A stretch of DNA of 64,000 nucleotides from the NCBI GenBank assembly GCA_965231215.1, contig OZ246423.1, positions 854,699 through 918,698 of the forward strand, given 5' to 3'. The notes beneath the pieces were generated by a model. It was not told the DNA's origin. It ran no database searches and saw only the letters and a program-made list of their open reading frames with translations. The position numbers were made by a program, and so were the translations under genes. Source of the stretch: Candidatus Altimarinota bacterium (lineage in GTDB: Bacteria; Patescibacteriota; Gracilibacteria; UBA4473). Shown here piece by piece: positions 46,701-56,043 of this stretch (the first letter of the stretch is position 1; the number at the start of each line of letters is the position of its first letter).

Positions 46701-47226
46701 GGAGTTCCTTGAACTTTCTTATAAATTTTCTCTCTGAGCTTAAAAATACTTGTTTAGCGAGTTGTTGGGTGATGGTAGAGCCTCCACGCCTAGGGCCAAT
46801 ACCAAAAAATTCATACAAAACAGCTTTTCCGATACCTCCAATATCAAATCCAAAGTGTGAATAAAATTGATCATCTTCAATCGCCAAGGTGGCTTTGACC
46901 ACCCAAGGAGAAATTTCATCTAGAGGAATATATTCCCGATTTTCATCTCCATGGATTACGTACAAGATGTGTTCAGCGGGATTGGCGGCCGGATTCAAAG
47001 CTTCACGATCATAAATAATAGTAGATTCGGCAAAGCTGAGTTCTTCGGCATTGTCTACACTGGGGAGGAAAATAGAACCATAGGCATATAAGGCCACTAA
47101 GGTGACAATGCTTAAAATCAAGATATTTCGTTTCCAGTGTAGGCAGATTGATTTTTTTCGTTCACGCTTAAAAGGATTAAACTTTTTCCACCAGGCTTGT
47201 TTTCGTCGGAAACGTTTTATGCGCAT
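43735..47226 (-). CDS. Class A penicillin-binding protein (transglycosylase/transpeptidase) with a C-terminal extension of about 400 aa containing Ig-like repeats
   Basis: GT51 motifs (AIEDDQFYSHFGFD, RGGSTITQQLAK). TPase motifs (SSFKP, SLN, KTGTS). Two Ig-like repeats near the C-terminus. Confidence 0.9.
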   Translation of the reverse strand: MRIKRFRRKQAWWKKFNPFKRERKKSICLHWKRNILILSIVTLVALYAYGSIFLPSVDNAEELSFAESTIIYDREALNPAANPAEHILYVIHGDENREYIPLDEISPWVVKATLAIEDDQFYSHFGFDIGGIGKAVLYEFFGIGPRRGGSTITQQLAKQVFLSSERKFIRKFKELLIAIKLEWHYTKDEILELYLNKISYGNNAYGIEAAARTYFGKSARDLTIAESAILASIPVAPTRFSPYGSNKDLLMGFYEYEEFSTEAEARAAEENQTSDVAEESAEEADEKAKPKGPRTYKKGRKDIVLQRMLELGYVTSDQFNQAWAESLELEFKRARTDIKAPHFVFYVRERLEEKYGKEFLDQGGLRIYTTLDPDLQNLAETLVKEKTAHYVGTYGAENVAMTSINPDNGEILAYIGGKNFFDTESDGQVDVLTSSRQPGSSFKPIVYAAGFEAGYAPGTVVFDVKTDFGAGYTPQNFDESFSGPVSFRESLNRSLNIPAVKMAVLATPNKVLEMAGKMGIKYEGDADTHGVAIGVGVAEVEPLSHISAYQTFTNDGTYFPPSAILEIRNAEGKVLEKVDNTQNQKEAVDPEVAALVRNVLTDETSRPTTNDFDWNNFLQIEGINNGAKTGTSNRVAKNPAFNEAEPESDENRKFITVPGDSWTIGFSPHLVTGFWVGNNRGKPMKSGATGLTVAAPLWKNFMEGAHDQLIKERGGDKDKPYLESKALLAMEINRLSGKLATDQTPENLKVTEYFASFNQPTELDDSVAVKTINIFNGEKADFRTPAFAKKTLPILSLTSLRPDLPNWIEPVEKWIQEHPLFFATLGVEMDTPKDEDDAENSKDPMNDLTESYFKDLPPFMQRKLRNMMKREGTIDWSQFETKANPPEVSILSPRNTITPGEVEVQINYHPQNIQVVEYYFDDELIYRAQKPPFTGRFSIPEDTDLGSSHTIRAVAISANLAAGEDEVRVNVEQDTAGPEIIFLGPLANQNIPINSNIQILADIKDHQSRVSKAEFFVNNQSLGTNTQAPFTRNFEAPERMGRTFLMIRAWDIHDNLSEKSIPIQITREGLIEAKNPSILKVDKQFRTLSVEMVFPKPETVEAAQVVISQPEKILLDEKWTDITKYKQVFVAKGTTRGNVNITLYVKLKGQPNFNRIDAQTVRF

Positions 47227-47318
47227 ACAGAGAGGTTGTATCTAAATTATGATAAATTTCAAATACTTAAAACGAAGAAAACGTTTTTTTATGACATTTT
47301 TAAATTTTAGAATTTTTT

Positions 47319-48557
47319 CTATTCATACCGCAACGCTTCAATAGGACTTTTTTTCGCGGCTTGCCTAGCTGGATAAATACCAAAAATCATACCTATAAAA
47401 GTAGCCACTCCCACTCCCAAAAGGGCGCCTGAAATTGGGAAGACGAAAACCCAGTCCATACCGCTAAAAGTATTAATAGCATAGGTTATTAACCAGGATA
47501 TCCCGGTGCCCAGCAAAATGCCAATAACGCCTCCTATACCGGTGAGCATTATGGATTCTAATAAAAATTGGGTCAAAATATCGCTCGAAGTCGCTCCTAA
47601 AGCTTTTCGTAGGCCGATTTCTCGGGTTCGTTCAGTTACACTCACCAGCATAATGTTCATAATTCCGATGCCTCCTACAATTAGAGAAATAGCAGCGACG
47701 GCTCCAAGGAAAAGAGTGAGTGTCCCGGTAACGGTACTAATAATGTCAGCGGCTTGATCCATAGTAGATACATGAAAATCGTCTTTATCTGGATCGGTAA
47801 TGTCATGTAATTCTCGGATGGTGAGAGTCACATCTTCGGCTACCTGTTTAATATATTTTTCTTCCGTGGCTTTTAGTAAGATCGCCTGAAAATAATTGGT
47901 TCCAGCTAGGTATTCTTGAACCGTTGAATATGGAATGAGAATAAATTTATCTACATTCTGCATTGAAACTGTGCCGGTTTTGGGGAAAGTTCCAACAACT
48001 CGAAACCATTGTCCTTTAATTTTTATTTTTTCACCAATCGCATTGGAGTCCCCAAAAAGATCATCTTTAAGTTGCCAACCCAGAACTACCACTTTGGACT
48101 TGGCTTCAACTTCTTCATCGCTAAAAAGGTTTCCTTTGTCTGGGTAAACGTTGAGAAAGTCCATGTAATGAGCGGTAGAGCCCAAAATTTGCCCCCGGGT
48201 TCTTTCTCCTTTATAAACCACATTTTCCGAAATAATGACAAGCGGAGTAATATTTTCGACATGGGGCACGTTTGAACCTTTACTCACGGCTTCTAAATCT
48301 TTTTTCCCGACCGAATCGGTATAGATTTCAACCCTATCTGACAACCCCTTTGGAGCGGCTCCTGGTTCAAGAGAAATGGTAGTGGACCCCCAACCACTAA
48401 TCTGGTTCATAATCATAGTATTTGCCCCTTTTCCAAGCGACATAACAATAATAATAGCCATCACCCCAATCACAATTCCTAAAATCGTCAGAAGTGAACG
48501 AACTTTGTTCGTCTTCAGTCCGGTAATAGCCGTGAGAAAGGTATAAAAAAGCGACAT
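47319..48557 (-). CDS. ABC transporter permease (MacB/FtsX-like)
   Basis: N-terminal TM helix, a large extracytoplasmic domain and a C-terminal FtsX 3-TM bundle (REIGLRKALGA). Confidence 0.85.
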   Translation of the reverse strand: MSLFYTFLTAITGLKTNKVRSLLTILGIVIGVMAIIIVMSLGKGANTMIMNQISGWGSTTISLEPGAAPKGLSDRVEIYTDSVGKKDLEAVSKGSNVPHVENITPLVIISENVVYKGERTRGQILGSTAHYMDFLNVYPDKGNLFSDEEVEAKSKVVVLGWQLKDDLFGDSNAIGEKIKIKGQWFRVVGTFPKTGTVSMQNVDKFILIPYSTVQEYLAGTNYFQAILLKATEEKYIKQVAEDVTLTIRELHDITDPDKDDFHVSTMDQAADIISTVTGTLTLFLGAVAAISLIVGGIGIMNIMLVSVTERTREIGLRKALGATSSDILTQFLLESIMLTGIGGVIGILLGTGISWLITYAINTFSGMDWVFVFPISGALLGVGVATFIGMIFGIYPARQAAKKSPIEALRYE

Positions 48558-49276
48558 TATTTGAGGGTGTGTTGATTATGGATAGGCCCAGTTATGGCAC
48601 GATCAGTTCCAACTTTTCCATCTACGATTCGAACTAGACGCTCCGCATATTCGGCCGTGCGGGTTTCATGAGTAATAAGAATGATGGTTTTACCGGCTTT
48701 GTGTAGATCTTTGATAACTTGCATGATGGTGATTCCGGTTTTTGAGTCCAGATTACCGGTAGGTTCATCAGCAAAAACCACTGAAGGTTCACACACCAAT
48801 GCTCGGGCAATAGCGACTCTTTGTTTTTCTCCGCCTGAAAGTTGACCCGGATCATGATGTATTCTGTGTGAGAGACCAACAGAATCGATTGCTTTTTCGG
48901 CCATCGAATGCCATTGTTTGGAAGGAATTTGTGAGTACAGCAAGGGAAGCTTTACATTCTCTAAAACTGAGGTTCGAGGGAGTAAATTAAAAGCCTGAAA
49001 TATAAACCCCATTTGCTGGTTTCGGATTACAGCTTTTTCTTTTTCACTGTAAGTATCAATTTGTTTTCCTTTAAAAAAATATTCTCCATTCGTGAGATCA
49101 TCCAGTAATCCAATGATATTAAGCAGCGTAGATTTCCCTGATCCCGAAGGCCCCATAATAGTCACAAATTCACCTTCTTTTATAGTTACATCAATGCCAT
49201 GCAAAACCTTAGTTTCCAGGTCGCCTGAAAAGTAGGATTTATGGATATCTTTGAGTTCAATAAGCGAAGATTTCAT
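48557..49276 (-). CDS. ABC transporter ATP-binding protein (MacB/LolD-like)
   Basis: [24 protein letters not shown] and [10 protein letters not shown]. The ATG at 49276 lies 4 nt after the upstream stop. Confidence 0.9.
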   Translation of the reverse strand: MKSSLIELKDIHKSYFSGDLETKVLHGIDVTIKEGEFVTIMGPSGSGKSTLLNIIGLLDDLTNGEYFFKGKQIDTYSEKEKAVIRNQQMGFIFQAFNLLPRTSVLENVKLPLLYSQIPSKQWHSMAEKAIDSVGLSHRIHHDPGQLSGGEKQRVAIARALVCEPSVVFADEPTGNLDSKTGITIMQVIKDLHKAGKTIILITHETRTAEYAERLVRIVDGKVGTDRAITGPIHNQHTLK

Positions 49277-49280
49277 AGCA

Positions 49281-50837
49281 CTATTCGAGTAAAAGTTTGT
49301 CGCCTTCTTTAAGTCCACTCAGAATTTCAATATGGCCGTTGGTATCTCTAATACCCGTTTGGACTCCAACCTCTACCACTTCTTGTGATTGGTTATGGGT
49401 TTCTAAAATTCGAACAATTTTTTCATTTCCGTCCCGGATAACTCGTCGTTGAGGAACTTTAATAATGTTTTCTTTTCGGGCAGTAATAATGTCGACATCT
49501 ACGGACATACCTGAACGAATTTCGAGTTCAATATCCTTTGGGTCAAGTGCAATTTTTACTTGATAATAAGTGACCCCTCCTACTTCGGTTTCAGCAGGTT
49601 CAATAAATTTTACAACACTTTCGAAGGTGTGATCATCAAAGGCATCAAACATAATCTCTACCGGATCATCAATATTAATTTTGGCTACATCAATTTCCGG
49701 AACATTGAGTTCAATTTCATAGCCTTCGCCGATCATCGAAATTAAAATTTCTTTAGCCGTCATCAGTGAAATAACTTCACCTTTTTTAGCATTTACTTTA
49801 GTAATAATTCCATCAAAGGGAGCATAGAGAATGGTTTTATTAATTTGAGCCTGGATTTGAGCCACCCGGGCTTGCGCCCCAAGAACCGCTGCTTCGTACA
49901 TTTCAATTTGCTCTTCACGTGTTCCGACCTGGGTAAGATTGAGTTCTTGTGCACTTGTATCAAGTGATTTTTGAGCGATGAGTAAATTTTGCCGAGCGTT
50001 TCTGAGTCCTGAAATAGCGGTGTTAATATTGCTTTGAGTGCTACTGATACTATTTTTCCAGCTATCAAGTTTACTTTGGGATTGAGTAACCGTGACGTGA
50101 AAAGTATGGCTGATACCCACTAAGTCATCCACAAACACTTTTAGTTGATCTAGATTTTTCTCCACCTTTTGTGCCGTAAGGTCAAGATTATGCGTTGTTA
50201 TTTTATGCATTTCGCTTTCCCAATTTTTCACCATTTGATCCAAATAAAAAAGCTGGTGATTGAGTTGTCCTAACTCGGTAGTATGGGTAGTGGCAAAAGC
50301 GATTTTTGAACGGTTGTAGCCAGGATTGTAGGTAAGTCCTCGAAGAGTGTTACGAACAATAAAACTGGCAGTAGTAAAAGCTTCACGGATTTCAATTTCT
50401 AGATCCTGTTCCGCATTTTTGAGAGTGGTTTCCGAAGAAGATTTTTTAGAAATCTGAATCTGAACTTCTTCTTCACGGTTTCCTTTTTGAGCTTCTTTAA
50501 GCTGTGCCTGAACTTGACGAAGATTGGCAATAGCTTCGGTTTTTTGAGCCCAAAGTTCTTGATTGGTAAGTTTTACAAGGGTGTCTCCACTTTTTACAGA
50601 ATCACCTACTTTTACGTACACTTCCTGAATTTTTCCATTATTTTCAAAGGTCAGGTCAGATTCATCAATGGGTTTGACTTTTCCAGTAACACTCACTTTT
50701 TGAGTGATATCAGATTTTTCAATCGTCTGATATTCATAGTCTTTTTGTTCTTCCTGGAATTTTATAAGATAAAGCGTAGTTCCAACACCCAGTAATATGC
50801 TCAGGAGAAGAAGGCGTTTCCAAGTAAAAAATTTCAT
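49281..50837 (-). CDS. HlyD/MacA-family periplasmic adaptor (membrane fusion) protein
   Basis: N-terminal TM helix, a lipoyl-like segment (VKVGDSVKSGDTLVKL), a long coiled coil and a beta-barrel C-terminus. Confidence 0.8.
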   Translation of the reverse strand: MKFFTWKRLLLLSILLGVGTTLYLIKFQEEQKDYEYQTIEKSDITQKVSVTGKVKPIDESDLTFENNGKIQEVYVKVGDSVKSGDTLVKLTNQELWAQKTEAIANLRQVQAQLKEAQKGNREEEVQIQISKKSSSETTLKNAEQDLEIEIREAFTTASFIVRNTLRGLTYNPGYNRSKIAFATTHTTELGQLNHQLFYLDQMVKNWESEMHKITTHNLDLTAQKVEKNLDQLKVFVDDLVGISHTFHVTVTQSQSKLDSWKNSISSTQSNINTAISGLRNARQNLLIAQKSLDTSAQELNLTQVGTREEQIEMYEAAVLGAQARVAQIQAQINKTILYAPFDGIITKVNAKKGEVISLMTAKEILISMIGEGYEIELNVPEIDVAKINIDDPVEIMFDAFDDHTFESVVKFIEPAETEVGGVTYYQVKIALDPKDIELEIRSGMSVDVDIITARKENIIKVPQRRVIRDGNEKIVRILETHNQSQEVVEVGVQTGIRDTNGHIEILSGLKEGDKLLLE

Positions 50838-50977
50838 TAATTAAAAAATGGTAGAATTACCCCATTTTATCACATTTCTTGTATATTTACAAAACAAATA
50901 CAGGCTGGATCTTTCGGTTCAAAATTGATAATTTTAAATGCATTTGAGTATAGTGTGATCAAATATTATGTTTTTCT

Positions 50978-51613
50978 ATGAAAATTGCGCCCTCCATTCT
51001 TGATGCGGATTTTGGTAATCTTCAAACAGATATTGATTCTATTGCGACAGCCGATCGTATTCACCTGGATGTTATGGACGGGCACTATGTACCTAATATT
51101 AGTTTTGGTCCGCCGGTTTTAAAAAATATTAAATATCCTGTGCCTTATGAAGTGCACCTCATGGTGGATAACCCAGAAAAATTTGTAGAATATTTTGCCC
51201 CTATGGGAGTTATGGGAATAACGTTTCATATAGAGAATACAGGGACAGAAAAAGCTCTAGCGCTGCTCGAAACCATTAAGAAAAAAGAAATAAAAGCGGG
51301 TATTTGTATTGATGGATACACGGAGCCAGAAGCCTTGAGTGATGAAATTTTAGACATCACAGATCAAATACTAGTAATGTCGGTCAAAGCCGGATTTGGG
51401 GGACAGTCTTTTATGCCCCAGTCAACCGAAAAAATTCAAACACTTCGAGCTCGAGGCTACACCGGAGAAATAGAGGTAGATGGAGGGGTCACCCTGGAGA
51501 ACGTTAAAATACTGAGCGAAGCGGGAGCCGATATAGTGGTAGTAGGAAGTTTTTTAATGAAAAAAGGGATTGAAGAAAGAGCTCAAATCATTAAGAATTT
51601 CCAGGCTATATAA
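50978..51613 (+). CDS. rpe: Ribulose-phosphate 3-epimerase
   Basis: MKIAPSILDADFGNL ... HLDVMDGHYVPN ... VDGG. Confidence 0.9.
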   Translation: MKIAPSILDADFGNLQTDIDSIATADRIHLDVMDGHYVPNISFGPPVLKNIKYPVPYEVHLMVDNPEKFVEYFAPMGVMGITFHIENTGTEKALALLETIKKKEIKAGICIDGYTEPEALSDEILDITDQILVMSVKAGFGGQSFMPQSTEKIQTLRARGYTGEIEVDGGVTLENVKILSEAGADIVVVGSFLMKKGIEERAQIIKNFQAI

Positions 51614-51621
51614 GCTCATTT

Positions 51622-52188
51622 ATGTTTACTGGAATTATTCAGCAACTGGGAAAGATTAAAACCATAAAAGGATCACGGTTTGTGATTTCTCATAATTTTA
51701 CAGAGGCTCTAGAGATTGGGGAATCGGTGGCCCTGAATGGAATGTGTTCAACGGTGGTAGAATTTTCTGATAAAGATTTGGCTGTAGATATTATGGCTGA
51801 ATCTCGGAGTGTAACTACTTTTGGGACAGCGCAAGCCGGGACCTTGGTAAATCTAGAACGGTCGGCCAAAATGGGGGAACGAAACTCTGGTCATAATGTA
51901 ACTGGACATGTCGATCAAGTCGGGGAAATAGTGAAGATTAAACCCCTGTCAGATTTTTATTTAATACGCGTGAAATTTAATCCGGAAAACCGAAAATTTT
52001 TGGTGCATAAGGGCTCAGTCGCTCTTGAAGGTATCTCCTTAACCATCAGTGGTTTAGGGGATGATTTTTTTGAAGTTTCGATTATTCCACATACTTGGCA
52101 GCACACAAATCTGTATGATAAAATTGAAGGAGATGGCGTAAACCTAGAGTTTGATATTTTTGGGAAATACGTTCTCAACTTAAAATAA
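51622..52188 (+). CDS. ribE: Riboflavin synthase alpha chain
   Basis: MFTGIIQQLGKI ... SVALNGMCSTV ... VALEGISLTI (two lumazine-binding repeats). Confidence 0.85.
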   Translation: MFTGIIQQLGKIKTIKGSRFVISHNFTEALEIGESVALNGMCSTVVEFSDKDLAVDIMAESRSVTTFGTAQAGTLVNLERSAKMGERNSGHNVTGHVDQVGEIVKIKPLSDFYLIRVKFNPENRKFLVHKGSVALEGISLTISGLGDDFFEVSIIPHTWQHTNLYDKIEGDGVNLEFDIFGKYVLNLK

Positions 52189-52260
52189 GCACTAAAAATT
52201 CAGTCAGTAATTGAGTGACAGCGTATCTTTATTATTTAGGAAAGGCTCTAAACCTACACC

Positions 52261-52524
52261 ATGATAAAAAAAATTCTGAACTTCCCAGATAAACTCATCA
52301 GTCAATTGCTTATTGGCTGCATCCGTGTGTATCAACGTACGATTTCTCCAGATCACTCGGCGCTAGGGAAAACCGAACCTTTTAAGGGCTGTAAGTTCTA
52401 CCCGTCTTGCTCACAGTATGCGGTAGAAAGCTTAGAAAAAAAAGGGATTTGGTCTTTACCCAAAATTGTATGGAGGGTTTTGAGGTGTAATCCGTGGAGT
52501 AAAGGAGGCATAGATAAACCTTAA
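52261..52524 (+). CDS. yidD: Membrane protein insertion efficiency factor YidD
   Basis: YQRTISP ... CKFYPSCSQYA ... RCNPW. Confidence 0.85.
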   Translation: MIKKILNFPDKLISQLLIGCIRVYQRTISPDHSALGKTEPFKGCKFYPSCSQYAVESLEKKGIWSLPKIVWRVLRCNPWSKGGIDKP

Positions 52525-52528
52525 AATT

Positions 52529-52556
52529 AAGAATTGCCATTTGATCTGCAATTCTT
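52529..52556 (+). terminator. Hairpin after yidD (weak terminator candidate)
   Basis: AAGAATTGC with a 10-nt loop and GCAATTCTT, followed by ATCTTT. Confidence 0.35.
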
Positions 52557-52568
52557 ATCTTTAGGCTG

Positions 52569-53501
52569 ATGGTTTTATTTTCGATTCTCGTTTTCTTTGT
52601 GATCTTCTCAATCTTGATTCTTATTCATGAGTTTGGGCACTATTACGCCGCCATTAAATCAGGAGTAAAAGTAGAAGAATTTGGATTGGGAATGGGCAAG
52701 AAATTGTATGGAAAAAAATACGGAGAAACCGAATTTACTTTCAATGCGGTTCCTTTTGGGGGTTTTGTCCGAATGTTAGGAGAGGAAGAAACCTCAAAAG
52801 ATCCACGAAGTTTTGGGCAAGCACCTCTGCTGAACCGAATGATTATTACGCTTGCTGGCGTGTTTATGAATTTTGTACTAGCTATAGGGTTGTTAACGAT
52901 TCTTTTTACTATCGGAACCAATCCCATTTTGGTTTCGAAGCAAGATATTGACAGAGCCCATGAAAAAGGCTGGATAGAGTTCCAAAACGAAGCAGGAAAC
53001 GTTCTAGAAAAAAATCAGATTGAAGCTGAAAAAGAAGCCGGGAGAACGGTCTCAATCACCTATACTCAAAAGATTAAAAAACCTTTCCCGCAGTCTGTGT
53101 GGTTTGCCACGACCGAAACCGTAAGAATTTCTTATGCCGTGTTGCAGAAAGCGGCCGAGATACCAGTTGAACTGATTAAAGAAAGGCGGATACCAGAAGG
53201 GCTAGCCGGCCCTATAGGGATCGCAGAAGTCACGCATCGGGTTATTCCCCTAGGGTTTTTGGCCTTGGTCAAATTGACCGCACTGCTTTCAATATCTCTT
53301 GGAGTGATGAACCTTTTACCCATTCCAGCTCTGGATGGAGGGCGGTTTATTTTTCAGCTAGTAGAACTGATTTTGAAACCTTTCAAAACCAGACCAAGTG
53401 AAACTATTGAAAATTTTGTACATTTAGGAGGATTTGTTCTGCTTATGGGGTTGCTGTTGCTCATTACCTGGAACGATATCTATAGGATTTTTGTTTTATA
53501 G
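52569..53501 (+). CDS. M50 site-2 protease (RseP-like), short form without an obvious PDZ domain
   Basis: HEFGHY zinc motif in TM1 and NLLPIPALDGG near the C-terminus; only 310 aa. Confidence 0.8.
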   Translation: MVLFSILVFFVIFSILILIHEFGHYYAAIKSGVKVEEFGLGMGKKLYGKKYGETEFTFNAVPFGGFVRMLGEEETSKDPRSFGQAPLLNRMIITLAGVFMNFVLAIGLLTILFTIGTNPILVSKQDIDRAHEKGWIEFQNEAGNVLEKNQIEAEKEAGRTVSITYTQKIKKPFPQSVWFATTETVRISYAVLQKAAEIPVELIKERRIPEGLAGPIGIAEVTHRVIPLGFLALVKLTALLSISLGVMNLLPIPALDGGRFIFQLVELILKPFKTRPSETIENFVHLGGFVLLMGLLLLITWNDIYRIFVL

Positions 53502-53628
53502 TCCTGCTGGGTTATTTTGTTTTTGTAAGTATGGACTTCTCACACTACAAGAAAATAGAGAGAGGAATTCCGATATTTCTAGAGGAGAACAATTAGCTCT
53601 AGTTGAAACTACTTGGCTTTATTTCTGT

Positions 53629-53656
53629 TTGACAAAAAATTCCTCACTCCTAAACT
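53629..53656 (+). promoter_or_regulatory. Putative rplY promoter
   Basis: TTGACA (53629-53634), 16 nt spacer, TAAACT (53651-53656). Confidence 0.4.
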
Positions 53657-53678
53657 CGCGCGGCTTATTTGAAGAATA

Positions 53679-54329
53679 ATGGCTGAAACTTTTGCCTTGG
53701 CTGCCGAAAAAAGAGAAATTTCTAAACATTCTGCTCGAAATACTCGTCGTGAATACAAAATTCCTGGCGTGGTGTATGGACACGGCCTTGATCCAGTTCC
53801 AGTATCAGTAGATTATTCAGAATTTTTAAGACTTTTTCGTAAAGCGGGTCAATCTTCAGTTATTGACCTAACTATCGATGGAAAAGCCACAAAAGTTTTA
53901 GTACAAAAATATGATCTTGATCCGGTAAAAGATACATTTGTTCATGTTGATTTCTTTGCGGTCAACCTCAAAGAAAAAACGATTGTCCGTGTGCCCCTTC
54001 ATTTTGAAGGAGAATCAATGGCCGTTAAAAACCTTGGAGGTATCTTTAATGTGGCTCATCATGAACTTGAGATCCGATGTCTTCCAACCGAAATTCCACA
54101 CGATATTAAAGTAGATATTTCTAGTCTAGAAAATGTCCACGATCATATTTCTATTGCAGACCTAAATCTTTCAGAAACTTTGGAAGTGATGCATCTAGAG
54201 GCTGGAACGGTGCTGTGTACCGTAACAGCGGCTCGAGTTGCGGTCGAAGAAGAAACTACCGCCGGAGGTGAAGAAGGGGAGGGAGCTGAAGGTGCCGATG
54301 GAGGAGAAGCCAAAGCCGAAGACGCTTAG
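53679..54329 (+). CDS. rplY: 50S ribosomal protein bL25 (Ctc form) with an acidic Gly/Glu tail
   Basis: RREYKIPGVVYGHG ... HVDFFAV pattern; 216 aa. Confidence 0.85.
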   Translation: MAETFALAAEKREISKHSARNTRREYKIPGVVYGHGLDPVPVSVDYSEFLRLFRKAGQSSVIDLTIDGKATKVLVQKYDLDPVKDTFVHVDFFAVNLKEKTIVRVPLHFEGESMAVKNLGGIFNVAHHELEIRCLPTEIPHDIKVDISSLENVHDHISIADLNLSETLEVMHLEAGTVLCTVTAARVAVEEETTAGGEEGEGAEGADGGEAKAEDA

Positions 54330-54374
54330 GGAGTAGTTGCTTATCTCTCGTAATTTATTTAGTTTAGAAGGTGA

Positions 54375-55088
54375 ATGGAGCCTTATGTTTTTGAAACCTT
54401 TAGAACTTTTGATCAGCATAAAATTTTTCAATTAGAAATGCACTTGGATCGACTGTTCCATTCGGCCAGAACTTTGGATATAGAGCTGCCTCAAAATTGC
54501 ACAAAGCCTCATATTTGTACCAAGCTCCAAGAGATATTGAATCTCCATAACCCACAAAAAGATTGGCGTATAAAGATAGAGGCCAGTGCGAAAGACTGGA
54601 AGATTATTGTGAATCCCTTTGTGCCACTACCAGAAAGTATTTATCAAGAAGGAGTGCGATTGGTAAGTGATAGATGTCTAAGAGATAATCCCACAGCCAA
54701 AGCTAATTCTGAAAGGTACAAGTACTACGCCCAAAAGTGCGAAAAAATCTTTTTTGATGTTATGGTGTTTGATGAAAATCAAAACCTGCTTGAAGGAGGT
54801 ATCACGAATATTTTTGTTGTTTTTGGGAAAACCGTTATAACGCCTAAAGACCATATTTTGTTGGGCACTATGAGGTCTTGGGTTATAACCCAATTGCCTA
54901 AGCTCGGGTATAGCGTTCAAGAAAAAAAAATTACCTATCTGGAGATGAAAAAAGCCAAAGCTATTTTTTGCACTAATGCCCTAAAAGGGGTGGTGCCGGT
55001 AGGTTTCTGGGAAGATTGGGCAAGCCGGGACTTTGAGCTCGCTAAAAAGCTAAACCAAAAACTTCCTTTTCCACGCCCTAAGAGTTGA
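54375..55088 (+). CDS. Class IV (fold type IV) aminotransferase-like protein
   Basis: HLDRLFHSA, EGGITNIFVV and GVVPV motifs. At 237 aa it is short for the family. Confidence 0.6.
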   Translation: MEPYVFETFRTFDQHKIFQLEMHLDRLFHSARTLDIELPQNCTKPHICTKLQEILNLHNPQKDWRIKIEASAKDWKIIVNPFVPLPESIYQEGVRLVSDRCLRDNPTAKANSERYKYYAQKCEKIFFDVMVFDENQNLLEGGITNIFVVFGKTVITPKDHILLGTMRSWVITQLPKLGYSVQEKKITYLEMKKAKAIFCTNALKGVVPVGFWEDWASRDFELAKKLNQKLPFPRPKS

Positions 55089-55128
55089 AAGATTTGGCTA
55101 TTTCTGGTACAATGATCTGGTAAATTTT

Positions 55129-56043
55129 ATGTCCAGTTTTTCTGTTATCATTCCCAGCTATAATGAAGGTGCGTGGCTTGAACGCACTGTTATGGGCGTA
55201 CTGGAGAATACCAATTACCCAGAGTTTGAGATCATTATTGTAGCCGATAACTGCACCGATAATTCTACCGATTTTTGTAAACAAAAATCTATTCCCAACG
55301 TAGTGCTCTTGGAAACTTCACACAATTTGGGAGCGATAGAAGCTCGGAATTATGGCGCTTCTATTGCCGAGGGAGAAAACTTAGTCTTTATTGATGCTCA
55401 TGAAGTTCCGGAAACCGATAATTGGATTTCGGTGCTATTTGACTTGCTTGAGAAGCCTAATACGGGAGCGGCAACAATACCGATTTCAAGCTTCGAAGAC
55501 CCTCAGAGGATTGGGTATGTGTATCGCCTTAAGGATTTGGCGCTAGAGCCTGCTTGGGAGTCGAGAGAATCAAAACATTTACCATTAGTACCGGTTATTC
55601 CTGGGGGGTGTTTTGCCATTAAAAAATCTGTATTTATCGAAACAGGAGGGTTTAATCCTTTGTTAAAAAAGTGGGGGAGAGAGGACCTAGAATATTCGCT
55701 TCGTTTGTGGCGAATGGGATATGATTTGAGGTCGTCAAAGGCAGCTAAGATTGCTCACGCATTTAGCCATAAAAGAGCATTTGAGATTAGTTGGGATCAG
55801 GTGGATCATAATATTTTGCTTATTGCTGATTTATTGTTTTCCTCAGAGGCGTGTAAAAAAGTTTGTACACATTTAAAAAAGATTCGTCCACAGAATTATG
55901 ATAAAATTTATCAACAATTATTAAATAATGAAGCCTACCAAGCTTACAAAGCAAAACTACTGCTAAAGCGTAGTTTTGAGGACTATAAGATCGAGTTTAA
56001 AGACTATTTACCAAAAAATTATTCTCTTATACCACAAGTATAA
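55129..56043 (+). CDS. Family 2 glycosyltransferase
   Basis: FSVIIPSYNEG, IIVADNCTDNS and FIDAHE (DxH) motifs. Confidence 0.8.
   Translation: MSSFSVIIPSYNEGAWLERTVMGVLENTNYPEFEIIIVADNCTDNSTDFCKQKSIPNVVLLETSHNLGAIEARNYGASIAEGENLVFIDAHEVPETDNWISVLFDLLEKPNTGAATIPISSFEDPQRIGYVYRLKDLALEPAWESRESKHLPLVPVIPGGCFAIKKSVFIETGGFNPLLKKWGREDLEYSLRLWRMGYDLRSSKAAKIAHAFSHKRAFEISWDQVDHNILLIADLLFSSEACKKVCTHLKKIRPQNYDKIYQQLLNNEAYQAYKAKLLLKRSFEDYKIEFKDYLPKNYSLIPQV

Noticed and set aside
47319-50837. The MacA/MacB-like efflux operon as a novel secretion system.
   Set aside because: It is a standard three-gene adaptor, ATPase and FtsX-permease arrangement found widely. Nothing unusual stands out beyond the long coiled coil of the adaptor.
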